Below, piece after piece: positions 27,516-42,533 of a DNA stretch of 64,000 nt. The notes under the pieces are model-generated. The model did no database searches and was not told where the DNA came from. It worked only from the letters and a program-made list of their open reading frames with translations. Source of the stretch: Rotaria socialis (lineage: Eukaryota). The stretch covers positions 62,001 through 126,000 of the forward strand of contig CAJNYD010000303.1 of assembly GCA_905331295.1 (NCBI GenBank), read 5' to 3'. A program made the position numbers and the translations under genes. Numbering within the stretch: the stretch's first letter is position 1; every line of letters begins with the position of its first letter.

Positions 27516-29107
27516 TAATCTGCTTTTATCAATCCGATGATTCGCATGCTGATAAACTGATTAATTCCCGAATCTTCATTCACTATTATTAATCTTTGTT
27601 CTTTATATAGCTGTGCTAGAGTGTTGAAGTATTTGTATGGGCTTTCTCTTCATTTTCTGGTAACGATAAAACATGTTGTTCGACTCGTATGAGTCATCGA
27701 CAAAGAGCTTAAAAACTTTGACATATATATGTGGCAGTAGAGTTTAGAATCTAGTTGAGATTGGAATTGTTCATTATTCTATAAATGTTATGAGAGAATG
27801 ATTCATAGAAATAAAATTTTATTAGTGAGTGATATGAGATAGTTTGATTGATTATGTAGATTCAAAAAACGCGTTGTTGTTTCCAAGATTAATTGTGCCA
27901 ATCTTTCATGATTGAAGAGAGAGAAATGAGAAAGATTGTGAAAAGATGTTTGTTTTAATACGCGGGACATAGAGATATTGATTTTTCTCTTTCGTTCTGC
28001 ATTCGAAGAAAAGACAGAAAAAGAGTTTCGCTATCGTTATTTCGAAGTACGGGTCTCGAGCAGGAGGGATGGGAATGGAAAAAGTTTTTATATTGAATGA
28101 TATGGCAGGAAAGTACATTTTTTTTTAAATTTTTTATGAAATTAATAAAGAAGTTTCTTATATGAGTACTCCATTTGATGTGTTATTAGCTACAATCGTT
28201 CTTCGTTAAAAAAAAATAAGCTTATATAAAAGAAAATTCGTTATTTATGTCTCATCATTGTCTGCTTCATAGTGACGATTATCAATTATAAAAGCTTAAA
28301 TTAATAAAGAAATGATGACAAAAAAGTTAGATATTAATAGATTCTACTAAATTTTTAAAGTGTAAAACTCGGATAAATAAGTATTTATTTAATGATGTAA
28401 CATTAGTGTCATAATCAGCGAAGTATTTTATTTCCTTTCAATATTAAAGTATCAGTTCAGCAAGATACATTAATTACTGTGTGACTCGTACAAGCGAGAT
28501 GAGAGCGCGTTGAGATAAATGAAAAATCAGAAATAAAAGTTTTTTGTTTTTGTTTTGGTCACCAATTTAAAAAAGAAATCTAAATTATGATCAATTAGAA
28601 AATAGTTTACTAAATCTAAGTCGTAGAAAAAAATTTCCATATCGTTCATATAATTTTATTTACATTTTGATTTTCGAAATTCTTCTCTTCTTTTCTTTTC
28701 GTTGCTTCGCTCTCTTTTATGTCTATTTTCTCTATCTTTAATTAAATCTATTATTCCAATCTCAACTAGATTCTCATGTCAACTGTAACATTTTATACAT
28801 AGTTTTTACTTGTCGTGTTTAGTGGAAAGCTGGTATGTATGCATCGGGTGCATGCTAGTAGCAATTTTTTTTGTGCAGAAAGAAAATATGAGTCAATATA
28901 TAATTACGTATTTCCTATAGTGTAGTTATTTCTTTTTTTAGCAATTTTCAAAAAGTGGCATAAACTCATACTCATAAGAAGTGATATTGCTCAATGTTAG
29001 GTGATCATTGCAAGAACGAATTTGATACCATGAGCGACAATTTATCGTCAAATCTACTCCAACTTGAAGGAATTCCTAATGAACTCTTGCTTGAAATTTT
29101 TCAATAG
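27516..29107 (+). pseudogene. Partial duplicate of the upstream region and 5' end of the F-box gene at 45.3 kb, truncated
   Basis: 27516-27729 matches 43577-43789 and ~28795-29106 matches ~45100-45411. The ORF from ATG 29030, MSDNLSSNLLQLEGIPNELLLEIFQ, stops at TAG 29105-29107 where similarity ends. Confidence 0.88.
27730..28790. mobile_element. Non-autonomous TIR element with TGT...ACA termini (Ginger2/TDD-like ends)
   Basis: 38-bp imperfect TIR: TGTGGCAGTAGAGTTTAGAATCTAGTTGAGATTGGAAT versus the reverse complement of ATTCCAATCTCAACTAGATTCTCATGTCAACTGTAACA. Absent from the paralogous block. Confidence 0.75.
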
Positions 29108-30447
29108 TTTTCAACGTTTTTGTAGAAAAAAAGATCATTCATTCAGGTCATTGTGATAGTAAAAAAGAAATTGTGCTCGAGAATCTATATTGATCATACT
29201 TTATGGCACTACAAGTCAGTCAACCGATAAAACAATAAATGTATATGTTATAAACAATGACAATTGTCACTCGTATTAGTATTAAATAAGAAAATACTAT
29301 TGATACGAGGGCAATTTATGCACTGATTTTATTCAATACTAATAAAACTACTATATTGACGTGTCAGGTTCAACTTGTAAGTATAAGTTCAAAACGATAA
29401 AGAAATAGTGACACTATTTTTGATCATATAAGTTAAAAGATTCGATTAAATTATTGATATCGGTAGAAAATTGAACAAATAATAGTGACATTGCTTGTTT
29501 ACCGTGCTGTAATTTTCATTTAATATGTGTATTGTCTGTTTCACATCCGATATCGTGAACAAAAAAGCTCTAGCTTTAGCTATGTAACTTTATTTATACA
29601 CAAACTAATTCAATAGATATGTGAAAATAGCGTCATTCGACTGCGAGAGAAGTAGAAAAATCGAGCCATTTACTTATATGAGATTTATCTAACTAAAGGT
29701 TGATAAAGTTCACTAAATATCCATGTTTTTTATTCTTGATCGATTTAACCTAAATTCAAGTGAGTATGTTAAACATAGTATTCCGATTCATCGGTTTATC
29801 TGATAAGATTGTTTTACTATCTGACTAAGTCCATGAATGAAATTTGTTTTCTTCAAAAACCTTGAGAACTATAGAAAAAAGTCCTATAAAACGTTATCAG
29901 CTAGTTGAGTATACAATATCTTATACTGTTTCAAACTGCTGCAAAACTCAATTTTTTACTTGAATATAGACAAAAGAAGTTGATGGCTGAGAAAATTACT
30001 CAATTAGCTAATAGTTATTTTCGAAAGTAGAAAACCAGTATTTACTGAATCAGTAGACCAGCATAATACTGGCACTAGTGCATTCCTACACGCAATAGTG
30101 TCGCATGAAAAAGGCAGCATACAATCCAATAAGAACTTCAGCCATGTCGACAAGGACACATGTCCATGTGTAAACACGCACGTTAACCGCACACCAAAAA
30201 AATCTTATCAAACGAGAGAAAATAAAAATTTCACCATACTTGTGAAACAACGGTTTCTTTTACTGTTCTGTTTTGTACTTCGTTTCTATATAAACTTCTA
30301 TTCTTCTCTTGTATATTTATATTATTGGCGTTTTTTTCAGAAAAAGAAAAACTCATTCATGGAACTTTACAATGAGTTGCCTTTTTGAATTATATTTTCA
30401 TCAGATATTAAATAATAATATTTCTTTCCTTATATCATAGATTGATT

Positions 30448-31030
30448 ATGGACACAGGTGATTCAACAAATCAGAGGCGAAGTCTATTGAGAAGCAAATC
30501 ATCCAAATTAAAAATCGATGATGTATTTCATTTTTTAATAGAAGCAAAAGAAAAAGAAATAATTTTATTTCAGGTGCCGGAAAATGATCTACAATCATCA
30601 TCAGAAAAAAAGAAAATAAAACAAGCACCGGCAATATCATCTACAAAAAGGAATCATCGAAAAACTACTAATTATACAAAACGAGTAAACACATTTTATG
30701 CCAATGAACACGAATAGAATTAATTGTTTCAGAAAATCAATCAATCAAAAACAAGCGATGACAGTGGAAAAACACAAATGCATACAGGATTGAATGGGAA
30801 CTATTGGAATGTAAGTTTGTTTTTGTCTTGGCAAATTTCTGTTTTTTCACAGAGCGCGTTATCATGTAGGGAAAAACTATCTTGTTTTATATTTATTAGA
30901 TTACTCCAGGTAATCGTCATATTAATCAACTTACATTCAATCAAAGTCATCACGATCGAGATGATGATTCGTTATCGAAATCGGAAAGTGTAACTCATAG
31001 GAAAAACCAAAAACGATTAGTTTCAACCTC

Positions 31031-31063
<33 letters not shown>

Positions 31064-34000
31064 TATTTCTTCAATTGATCTTCAGACGACACGTCTTTAT
31101 TCAAATAAAACTTTTATAACATGTCGAAGCCCTGTTGACTCATTTTTTCTCTGTCAAGTTCTTCAAGATGTGCACCATCATACAAAACAAATTCGTATTC
31201 GATGGTGTTCATTAGTTGATGGCGATGAAAATGAAACTGAAATTGATGAAAATACACGTTTCAAACTTGATTATGAAGATAAACTTGATCCACATACAAT
31301 TCTTACTGAAATTTCACATGTTATTCGTCATGCTGATAAAACTATATCATTAACAAAACAAGATATTATCGAAACAAATATGTTATTGAAGAAATCAATC
31401 AAAGGTGAATCGATGGATATAACGAGAGATAATAATCGAAAACAACCGACAAGAAAACGAAGAAAAATCACCAGTGATGAAGCTGCTCGTAAGTTATTAT
31501 TTTTATTGATTATCTTCATTGTTAATTTTGTTTTCTCAGCTGTACGAAAACGACGACGAACCAAAGATATTGATGAAGTGGCCGAAGGAGAAAAAAAAGT
31601 AGTTAAACAAAAACCAGCATCAAAGAAAACAAGTTTGTCTGATTCTAAATCTTTTACCGGATGTTCAATGTCATATTTTTCAGCAGGAAAACCTGTCACC
31701 ATATCAAAAGCACAATTATTCAAAGTACAGAGTAATCGTTTTCTTAAGGAAAATCTCATCGTAACGGTATACCAAACTGACCCATTTTTCGAAGACAAGT
31801 AAAAACAAAACATTGAAGGCCGACGAATTGAATCAATATCTGTTTTTTTAGTTTACCTGTTCCATTTATATCATCTAGTATCCAAAGTAAATTAGCCATA
31901 CGTGCGGTACTATTAAATGATCCAATACTATTAAAAAGTCTTATTGATGATGTTGGTCGTGTTTGCTCGGTAGAATAGAATTGCATGATTAGATTTTTGA
32001 AAATAATATTGAACATCTTCGTAGGTTCATATGAGACGTGATTTTTCAAAAAGTTTATCAGCTATTCATTATGCTATTCAAAATGACAATATTGATTTAC
32101 TTCGAATATTATTAGAAGATATAAAAAAGCCTAAACAGAATCGAGCTCCGTTTCCAGATGTGACCTTGAAAAAGCAAAGTACAGGAAAGTAAGTAAAATT
32201 TGAATACGAACAAAACAAGTCTATATTTATATTGCTCTAGAGCAAGTATTCGTACATTGGGCTTTCGAACAGCTGCAATTATGGCCAGTCGTGGAGCACG
32301 TGAAGGCAACAATGCATTAATTAAAGTATACGATTGATATTAAGTATTAAAATTCTTTAATAAATTTGGTTTAGGATACAAACGAAGTAATCCATTGTTA
32401 TGAAACGAATGAAATCATTGTGTATGCAATAAAAAACAATTGTTCGCGTGAAGTTTATGATTTACTTTGTGAAAATTTTAATGTAATAAAAACAATCTTT
32501 CATCGATATCTATTGAAAACAACTTTGTCCTGTTTAGTCTTCCAATTTCTATAATAATATCTTCGAATGTATTCAAGCTGGCCATCGAAAATTTGCTGTT
32601 CGCATTATCGATAGTATGACAGATATGAGTTATTATGGTTTTAAAAAACTCTTTCATGAAGTAAATCGAGATATTCCGAAATTCGAAAGTATTAATGGTT
32701 CTTTTTATAGGTTCTTCGTTTTGATGAAGAAGATTTAACTGTCGATAGCGCTTGTGATGTTATTGAAAAAATAAACAACAATGCTCAAGTAAGACTTCGG
32801 CTGTTTGTCCTTTCAAAATAATTCTGAAGAAAGTTTTAGATAACACCTATTCATTGCGCTGCTATTAATCCGAATCCCAAATATTTAAAGCAACTACTGT
32901 CAATTGTACCTGAGCATAATATTAAGGATAAGTATGAACGACGACCAATTCATTTCGCGGCAGCTTGTGAAGGACCAGAACCATTAGAATATCTTTTATC
33001 TAGGTAAAAAACAACAGCTGAGACTTTTTAGAATTTTGCATTCTTTGCCTTCCATCCCTAGAAATGCCAATATAAATGATGTCGATAATGGTGGTAATTC
33101 ACCATTGCATATAGCTGTAACAAATGGTCGACCTATAAATGCACAAGTATTATTACGTGCAGCAAAAGAAAAATCAGAATCAAATGATACAGATGATCAA
33201 GCGGTATATGAAAAATTTGGCCTTGCATCGATTAATCAAATGAACAAATCGCGATACTATCCTCTTCATTTAGCTGTTTTAAATAATCATTTAGTCAGCC
33301 ATGATTTTGTTTTCGTTGATTATCTAACTAATTAAAATCTCTATTTTTTAGGACTGTGTAAAAGTACTCTTGGAATTCGGTGCGCGTATTGATGGGTTTA
33401 CAACCATATCTACTGAAAAGTTAACGCCATTGATGTTGGCTTGTCAAAAGGGATTTTTGCCCATTGTGCTTCATCTGGTTGAACAAGGAGCTAAAGTCGA
33501 AGCACGTGATCGGTTTAAACGTACACCATTAATTCATGCTTGTATGTATGGAAATGCACATATTGTGTCACATTTACTTCGCATAGGAGCCAATGCAAAT
33601 GTTTTCGATTCATCTTCGAACACGGCTTTACATTATGCTATTGCATACGGATGGTATTTCTGTGTTCGATTGTTAATTGAAGCAGGAGCAAATATAAATT
33701 GTGTCAATTGTTGGCAAACAACATGTCTCGGCGTAGGTTTCTCTAAAGGACATTATGGAATTTGTGATTATCTTCTGACAGAACATCGAGCAGATGTTAA
33801 TTTTAAAACTGACGATGGTTTAACATTAGTCATGATTACTGCTGATTTAGAAATTTCAGCATCAGCTGTACAACAATTAGAATATGTTGTTGTAAAACAT
33901 AGAGCTGATTGTACATGCGTTGATATCAATGGAAGAAATGCTTTTCATTATTTAGCATTGAATCAAAGTGAACAAACATCAAGTAGTTCAAATCAAAAAG

Positions 34001-37000
34001 AGCAGCAAAATTTGAAAAAAAATTACTTTCGAATGGCACAAATTTTACTTGATCATAATTGTAATCCTCTTCAAATGGATAATAAAGCTCAAACTTCATT
34101 GATGCTTGCACTTGAATCTAAAAATTTTATTCTCGTTGATTTTTTCATTAACGAAGCTAAACTGGAATTGAATTCAGATGTTAATCGTGATGGAAAAACG
34201 TTATTACATTATTTTGCTATTAATTGTGACAATGACGAACTTATTCAAACATTGATTAGTTTGCCTGTTACTGACGAATTTAGAAAAATGAGTAAAATGC
34301 TTGATAATCAAGGTCGAACACCATTTCATTATTGTATTTCACGGTATGATGAATTTTGTAAAGGAAATCGATCGTATGGAGTAGTTGCTGTACAACAGCA
34401 ATATAATTCGATCGTTAACATGATTCGATATTGTCTTGAAACGATCGACAGTGATCCCGATTTTGAAATAAAATCAATCGAGGACAAAACTATGCCGCCT
34501 TCGCAGACAACAGACGATGAATCTAATGAGAATGTTACCGTAACTGCAGAGGCTTTTGAAAATATTGAAGAAACGAGTATTTTCTATCTTTTACGTACTT
34601 TTGATCAAAAGTTTGAACATCCATTAGAAATTTTCTTAAAGAAAACAAAAAATGTCAATGTTCCGCATCATGAGACGCGACGAACGCCATTGTTAGAAGC
34701 AATTCATCTTAGAGAATATAAAACAGTGAGTATGCTTATGGGTCACTCATCGTGTGATATCAATTTAGCTACATCAACAAATCCATCGGAAGGTCAGCAA
34801 ACTCCATTGATTCTCGCTTGTAAACTTCAATTCTTGCCAATTGTACGCGATTTATTAAACCATTCTAAATGTGATCTTCTTGCTTATGATAATCAACACA
34901 ATCAAGCCTTACATTATTATCTGGCTATTTCAATACGTTCTGATGAATATTTAGAAATCTTTCATTTATTTATTGAAAAATTGAAATTAATTGGTAACGA
35001 TACACTGAGCAGTCCAGGCAAATCAAGTCGTACGCCATTGCATATTGCTGTTTATCATAATTTAGGTACAGTCGATACTGTTAATGATATTGAACAAACA
35101 TTGATTGATAATGAATGTAGTTTATTAATGAAAGATAATCTTGGAAATCTCCCATTGCACAATGTCTTTTTAGTCAATAGGAGTGGAGGTGATCCTGTTG
35201 AATTGTGTCTTTTAATCGTTCAAGCAATGAAATACAATTCATTAGATACGAAAAATAACGAAGGAAATACTCCATTACATCTCGCTGTTATAAAAGCGTC
35301 GACTGTTTGTGTAATGCTTTTATTAAAACATCATGCGAGTTTATTAATCGAAAATAATCTATCCAATTCTGTTATTACTAGTTGTATTGTATCGAATCAT
35401 TTGAATCTTCTGATTACATTTCTTCATCAACCAGTCGATATCGATTTGAGTAGATTATATACGAAATCAGGTGGCAATGCATCGATTGAATTGTCGAAAA
35501 CACCAGAGGATAACGAAGGCTGGATATGGAAATTTGCAATCATTTCGACGACTAAACCTGATGAACAATATTCATTGATTCATTTAATAATTCAACGTAA
35601 TTGGCAAGGAGCATTATCCTTAATTCTCGATGAACTTGATCGCTTTCATCTGAGATATATTCAAGTGTTTGAAGCAGCTATTTTCAATGGTAGACTTAAT
35701 CTTGTCCTTCGTCTTACATCAAGTGTAAAAAATCGAACTGCTTTAGGCGAAAAAAATTCTCATGGCCGAAATTTATTTCATATAATAGCCAATATTGAAC
35801 AACACGATATGCAATTTCTAGAGAAATTTTTAAATTATCTTCATATTAATCATGTCGATTGGAATGTGCCCGATAAATATGGATCATATCCATTGCACTA
35901 TGCTTGTGCAATACAAAACATACCATTGATTAATTTCTTACAAAAGAAATATTCAAATGAATTGAATTTTAATCAAACGGATTCATTTGGTAATACAGCT
36001 TATAGTTTATTATTTTGGTTTTCAGCTACGAAAAGTTCAATTGACAAGCAATTCCTTCAAAACTTAATTCCTTCTGGCAAATCACTCGATTGCTTATGTA
36101 ATTATGACAATGAAAAAGCAATGAATCCTCTATCGTTTGGCCGTATCAATTCATCATCGGGAAATATTAGTCTATATCCACCTGTGACATCTGAACATAG
36201 TTCGGCCAAGGTGCGATCGTCACCTTTGATAAATGCTATTGTTCATAATCATTTTGAATTGGCGAAATTTTTACTTGAACTTGGTGCGGATGTAAACTTT
36301 CCCGATGAAGAAAAACGAACACCATTGATGCATGCTGTTCGTCAGGTAGAAAATATTAAAGCTAAATACAGTAATTAACTGTATTTTTTTGCTTCTTTCT
36401 AGAACAACATTCATATGGTCAAGCTACTTCTTAATAGACTTTATATACTCACAGATGATAATCAATGGCAAAAAGATACACATCTTATGCGGTCAAGGAA
36501 AAACGTAAAAGAACCGAAATCAAAAGGATTCTTTCTCGGCGTTACAACTGCTTCAACATGCGATCATGACGATTCTGATGATGATATTTCTGACGATACT
36601 GAAACTCTAAATATATCTAATACGTTCACTGTGACATCGATGATTGACATTAATGCTAGTGATGCACTCGGTTACACATGTATTCATCATCTAGTTCAAC
36701 CATTTCCTGGTGGTTCTTATATGAATAACATCAAATTATTGGAATTACTTCATTGCTCCGGTGCGTCATTAACGCAATATGATTTAGCTGGTCTATCACC
36801 ATTGCACTATAGTGCTATCAATGGTTGCCGACATTTATTTGATAAATTAACAGAATTAATGAGTAAACAGCAAGCAGATTTACCTCAAGTAGAAATTGAA
36901 CGTTTTTATGTCAATGATCCAAATAGGAAACTTCTCGACATGCCAGATTATTATTCCGGTGCTCAAGAATTCATCGATCAATACGTTTCCACTCATGCGT

Positions 37001-38791
37001 CAACAGATCTTCGCACTGCTTATCAAGTCGATCCATTATCTGATATGGTTCAAACAGGAGAAATAGTAATGGATACAGAAAAGAACGAACCTTATGATGT
37101 TCGTTTGACTATAACTGATGTAGATTATGGTCTCATTGGTTTGTATAATTTTTATCGAATGCAAATTATTAAACATAAAAGTAAAACAAATCTTTATCTT
37201 CTATTTACACGTTGGGGACGAATCGGAGATGGCGATGGACAACATCAATTGACACCTTTTTCATCATTAGATGAATGTGCGAAAGAATTTTGTAAAGTTT
37301 TTCGTCAAAAAACTGGTAACTCGTGGGAAAATACTGATCAATTTCAAAATAAACCGAAGAAATATACATTAATCAAATTAAATGAACGTCGAATGCACAA
37401 ATATACGAATGTTCCAATTGATTTTCAACAATTACAAGATGATAATCAACATCCACCATCAAAATTGCAATCATCGGTTTATAAAAATTTCTTCAAGACG
37501 TTTCTTAATCCTCAAGCTATTCGAACAAATCTACAAAACACTCAACTAGATGTCGAATGGATGCCTATTTCTCAGCTAAGACCTGAAACTCTACAAAAAG
37601 CACGTGATATACTGGTACAATTAAAGACAGATATTGAACAAAAAGAAAAACTTAAATTGGCAATTCAACAAGTCCAATGTACTGAAAAAAACGAAAACGT
37701 CGAGTCAAAAACTCACGAATCCAATAATGATGTTCAAAAAAGTGAATTCAAATGTCTTCTCGATTCTATTTGTAAGCTGACTAATGAATATTATACTATG
37801 ATACCCTTGCAAGGTTACGGCAACGAAAGACTACCTATGATTGATAGTGAACAAGCTGTAAAAGAACAAGAACAAAAACTTGATGATCTAGTTGAATTAG
37901 AATTATCCTGTAAGATTCTTTTGGCGGCTCAGGCTAATTTAAATCAAATATCACCATTAGACTATCTATACAAATCAATCAATTGTCAATTTGAAGCGAT
38001 GAACGCAAATGATATTGATTCACAATTAATATTACGCTATATTTGGACCAGTGCATCGCATATTAATGTAGAACAAATATTTAAAGTAGCTCGGCCTAAT
38101 GATGATGAACATTTGTTTCAACAGAATCTTGAGAATCATTATTTGTTATGGCATGGAACTAACATTTGCAATTTGATTAGTATACTTACACGAGGTGCGG
38201 ATTACTCTTGAAAAATATATATGAAAAAGATCGTCTGCTTTTTTAGGACTCTTAGTCGGACCTTTGTGTGCCACAGCTACTGGAAGTTTATTTGGCAAGG
38301 TTATTGATTATCGAATATTTGCTATAAGTTCGAAATAAATGTTTGTTTCTTTGCTTAGGGAATCTATACAGCTGATGCTTTTGCAAAGAGTCTTGGGTAT
38401 TGTTCGGGTGTTAGACAAGATAATAATGAGCGTTGTTTTATGCTCCTTTGTGAAGTGGCATTAGGTAATTCGCAAGAAGCAGATAACCATAATGTATATT
38501 TAAATCAGTCATTGGATTTTAAAATACACCAAAGTCGCAAAGCTAATGGTCGTAAAATACCTGATCCTCAATACACTGTCACTCGAAAAAATGGTTTGTT
38601 TTTTATTCTTAAGATTTTCTCTAGATAGGTCTAAGATATAAAATAATATTTCAGGTGTTCAAATGCCATTAGGTCCATTGATTAACTGTACAAATCCGAA
38701 ACATGGTTATCATGGATGTGAATACAATGAGTATATTGTCTTTGATGAATCACAAATAGCACTTCGTTATCTTGTTCAATTTCGGCGATAA
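30448..38791 (+). CDS. Very large ankyrin-repeat, WGR, PARP-regulatory and PARP-catalytic protein (PME-5/tankyrase-like architecture)
   Basis: Many TPLH/TPLM ankyrin repeats; WGR domain YNFYRMQII...LFTRWGRIG...KTGNSW; regulatory LTNEYYTMIP; catalytic LWHGT, FGKGIYTAD, LLCEVALG, YNEYIVFDESQIALRYLVQF ending TAA at 38791. The 5' exon structure is less certain. Confidence 0.92.
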
Positions 38792-38946
38792 GATTAATTC
38801 TTTCTACAAACGTTTCAATGATATTCTTTTGTTTGACGAGCGTTATTGTCAATTGATTTGTCCATTTGTTTCCTTTTCTTTATCTTCGTGTTTATTGCTT
38901 GTCGCTTATTTTTTTATTCAAAATGCAAGAATAAATCAGTAATAAA

Positions 38947-39037
38947 ATTAGGGTGTGAGCGCTCGTACTCTCTTCGTCCATGTTCTACATCAATGCATCC
39001 AACACCCATATCCGATACTCATAAATCACACCCTAAT
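38947..39037. repeat. Short hairpin element with telomere-like inverted ends (one member of a dispersed family)
   Basis: ATTAGGGTGTGA ... TCACACCCTAAT, a perfect 12-bp inverted repeat. Confidence 0.65.
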
Positions 39038-39319
39038 AGCGGTGATACGGACGAAAATGAAAGCTAAACTTTCCTTACTAGTTATACCGCCTTGTTCGTG
39101 TCAGTATTGTATGCTATTCAAACAAAAGATAACGAAGAGAAGAAAGAGAGAAAATGAAAAAGACACATTTTATAATTTTAAGTAGACTTTCACCGTTTTG
39201 TATTATTTGAGGAAGAACACCTCTTTGCATCGAAAGGTCAAAAGTTTTACAATAAAAAAAAATCTAACCATCATTCAGGAAATAGAATTACTTGAAACTA
39301 CGATAGCCATTGTGATTCT

Positions 39320-39862
39320 GAGTTTGCTTACAAAGAATTGCTGCAGCTACCTCCTGTCGACACATAATCATCTCTCCAAGCGAACGTATTATCATTACGA
39401 AGATAAAAGAAATAATTACTGTGGTTATATATTACGCTATCATGCTTACGACATTTAGCAAGCGTTGTTTTGTTTCAAAAGAGAATGAGTAACTACATCG
39501 TCTTGCTACTATTATTGTATGATGACGAAACCGCTGACTACAAATAGCTCGACTGAAGACAATAATTTTGATCAAACGAAAAGTATCATTTGTTATATTA
39601 AGATCATTTAGGTTGTATTCATTTTTAGCAAGAGCTACGATGAATTCTGTAGCTGTCTGTCGTGTATCAGACAAATTCGTCTTGCGATGCACAATACGTT
39701 TTCAGCATTATTATTAATTTCAATTGGATTATACAACACTAAAGATCTGTCTTTTAACATAGGTGAAGGAAATGATTCGATACCAAGATAACCCATTAAC
39801 TGAAGTGCATCAAAAATACTGTAATTTTCTGGTAGCTCGCTAAATAATGTGTATGGTTGTCT
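39320..39862 (-). pseudogene. Frameshifted coding remnant, possibly the region following a BTB domain
   Basis: Acceptor near 39863, then QPYTLFSELPENYSIFDALQLMGYLGIESFP..., shifting frame near 39690 into HRKTNLSDTRQTATEFIVALAKNEY. Confidence 0.4.
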
Positions 39863-40931
39863 GAAAGCAGGGTGTGGGTGTGTGGTAGGGAGTTGCTTCC
39901 ACTAGTCTTTATAGTTCGTTTGGCTTCCTGTTAAAATCTGAAATTCCAAATCTCCAATACCTCCTATATCCATATCTCTATATCTACTGTGCGCACTCTA
40001 GTGATGAATTCGGTTTCTTAAGAAATCCTACGAGGGCATCAAAGCCAAGATTTTTAATCCAGCTCATTGTCAAATATTCTAATTGATAGAACAACGAAGA
40101 CATGGTAATGCTAAGCAATGAAATTTTAACGTTGCTCCGCATATATATAATCTAATTCTTAATAAAAACAAACCAAAAACATAAGTTTAGGGTGTGGATG
40201 TGGGCATGGGTCAATTTTCTCTTCGACGACACCCGCAATGACACTGACAGCCACGCTCACACACACCCATAGTCATCCATGCTATTAAATATTTACTATA
40301 TCAGGGGGAATTCATAGCAATAGAGTTTACCAAACAGTGCATATTCGTCGTATATGAGACGGAATTGCTGATCAATTCGAGTAGAGATATTCATAAAACT
40401 CTTTTCATCTACAGATAATTGATGTGAGTGTAAAAGAAGAGAAGAAAGTCCACTGGCAAACACCCTGGTTTACTGTTCTTAGTAACAACAATGCGCATCA
40501 AGTTGATCACTATCATATCTGGAAGATTATTTAAGGATACTATTATTACCTAAATATCTTTCTTATTTGGTGATGGAGACCAGAAAATTGATATAGAACG
40601 TGTTAGTTTGATTGTTTCTGCTGATTTCAACGATCGATAGTTAGATAATATCATCCATTTTTTGGGTCAAGGCACTTATTCGGGTGTATTTAAAAGGAAA
40701 ACTCATCAACCAATCAATGAAAAATCGTATGAAATCTCAGAGAAACTACTAATTAAATAGAACTTCCCGATGAACATTTGATTCTTGATTGTAAATAACT
40801 TTTTTAAAAGAAAAAATTCCGGTTACTTTTGACTAAAACACAATTAGTTAATCGACAATCATTTACAAAAATTAAAATAAAAAGCAGTCCATCATATATT
40901 GATGACTGATCCAATATATGAAAATTTCCAA

Positions 40932-42114
40932 TTAATCAGTTTGTTGACCACGACAGATTGGGCATTGCGTTGACGTCTAGAAAAAGACAAATCATACTCA
41001 ATTACAAGAGCAATTTCTTCATCATATACCTTTAGCCATGGATCAATACATTCGGGATGAAAGAAATGTTTACATCGTAAACGTTTGACAGTTTCACCAT
41101 TTTTATATTCACTTAAACAAATTGCACATTTTTCGTCAGTCGAGCTCGATTTACTCGTTTTCCGATAGGTCATCGTAGGTAAACGCTCGATATCATTTCC
41201 GCTTAGACCAACAGAAGGTGGTTCACCACGAGGAAGTAAATCAAATAGGTCCTTAAAGGAATCTAATCAATGAGATATAGATTCAAATAAAGAACTTACG
41301 CCAAAGTGAATATGAAAAGCACCAGGAGCAGTAAAAGTATCAGGTCTTTCCATTATTAATGCAGCTGCAAATAAACTCATTGGATCTACAGTTAAACGAG
41401 CAACGTCATTATTGCGGAATGGTGGATTACGTTCGCCAAAAAAAGTTCTAAAACAGAAGTAATTTTATGCAAAAGAAACATCCATTGAAATACGAACTGT
41501 AGAACGTTATTAAGAATAGAAGCTGGATCAGACGATCTAACAGCATTTAAGTGTTGGTGTTCTAATAGACTGTTGGCTGCTCGATGACTGCTAGAAAATA
41601 CCAAAAATGACAGAATTGACAAAAATTGACTTTTATTTACGAATGTTGTGCGTAGGATTGAGGGTAATGCGTTTCTTCTCTATGACGTCTTCGATCATGA
41701 GGATACAATTGAGAAGGTGAGGAATAGCCTGTTGATGTTTGTTGACTATTGAAATAATGACGATTAGATGAATGAGAATGATCCTGATGGTCAGCACCAT
41801 ACGATTGAGGAGGGCGTACAAGGAGGCCCATAGAAGGCGTTTCTAATCGATATCGTCGACCTGGTGGATCGTCATAAACATTCTAATCATTTAAATATTG
41901 AAAATGATCTTTTTTTCACCATGAATCTCTGACTTACGTTCATACGATTGTATGATAATCTTGTTGAATTTGGGAATCCATTGGAGTGAGAAGCGAAGTC
42001 TCTTAATGTTGGAGGCATATTTCGTCGAGATGAACTATCCGATGGTTGATGCGATTGAAGAGTTACACGACGACGAGATGGTTCATAGGAATCGTTAAAA
42101 ATGTGACGCGACAT
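40932..42114 (-). CDS. RING-H2 E3 ubiquitin ligase with disordered N-terminus
   Basis: Spliced C-terminus GLSGNDIERLP...CAICLSEYKNGETVKRLRCKHFFHPECIDPWLKTSTQCPICR, a C3H2C3 pattern; TAA at 40932-40934. Confidence 0.88.
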
Positions 42115-42533
42115 GAAGAAAACAACTTGAGAAATCTAATTTCTATGATCGATATAACTGCTTGAATTACTCGAAATGTGAAATCGAAGTTATGTAAGAA
42201 TGGAAGTAAATGACGCAGACGGTTATACAGCAATTTTCCAACATTGATTCATAGAGAGGCCAATAAAAAAGAGCCAATAAAGTTTATATAAAGTATACAC
42301 AATGGTGACTATCGGCATCTACTTCTTCCTCTTTCTCATGGCACACCTTAGATGTCTAGGAGGAGGTAAGCGTTGGTTGCACGCGTTCTGTATGTACGCC
42401 ACAAACACGTTTTCTGTATCATCTGTAAACATTTTCTTTATAGCCCAGGTAGGAAATAATGATTACTGCGAGTTCGATGGATTCGGGTAAACCCTACACA
42501 GATTGTACGATACGCTTCGTATACGGCAGTAAA

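Noticed and set aside
31328..31813. 161-aa antisense ORF
   Set aside because: Overlaps PARP exons on the opposite strand and has no recognisable motif.
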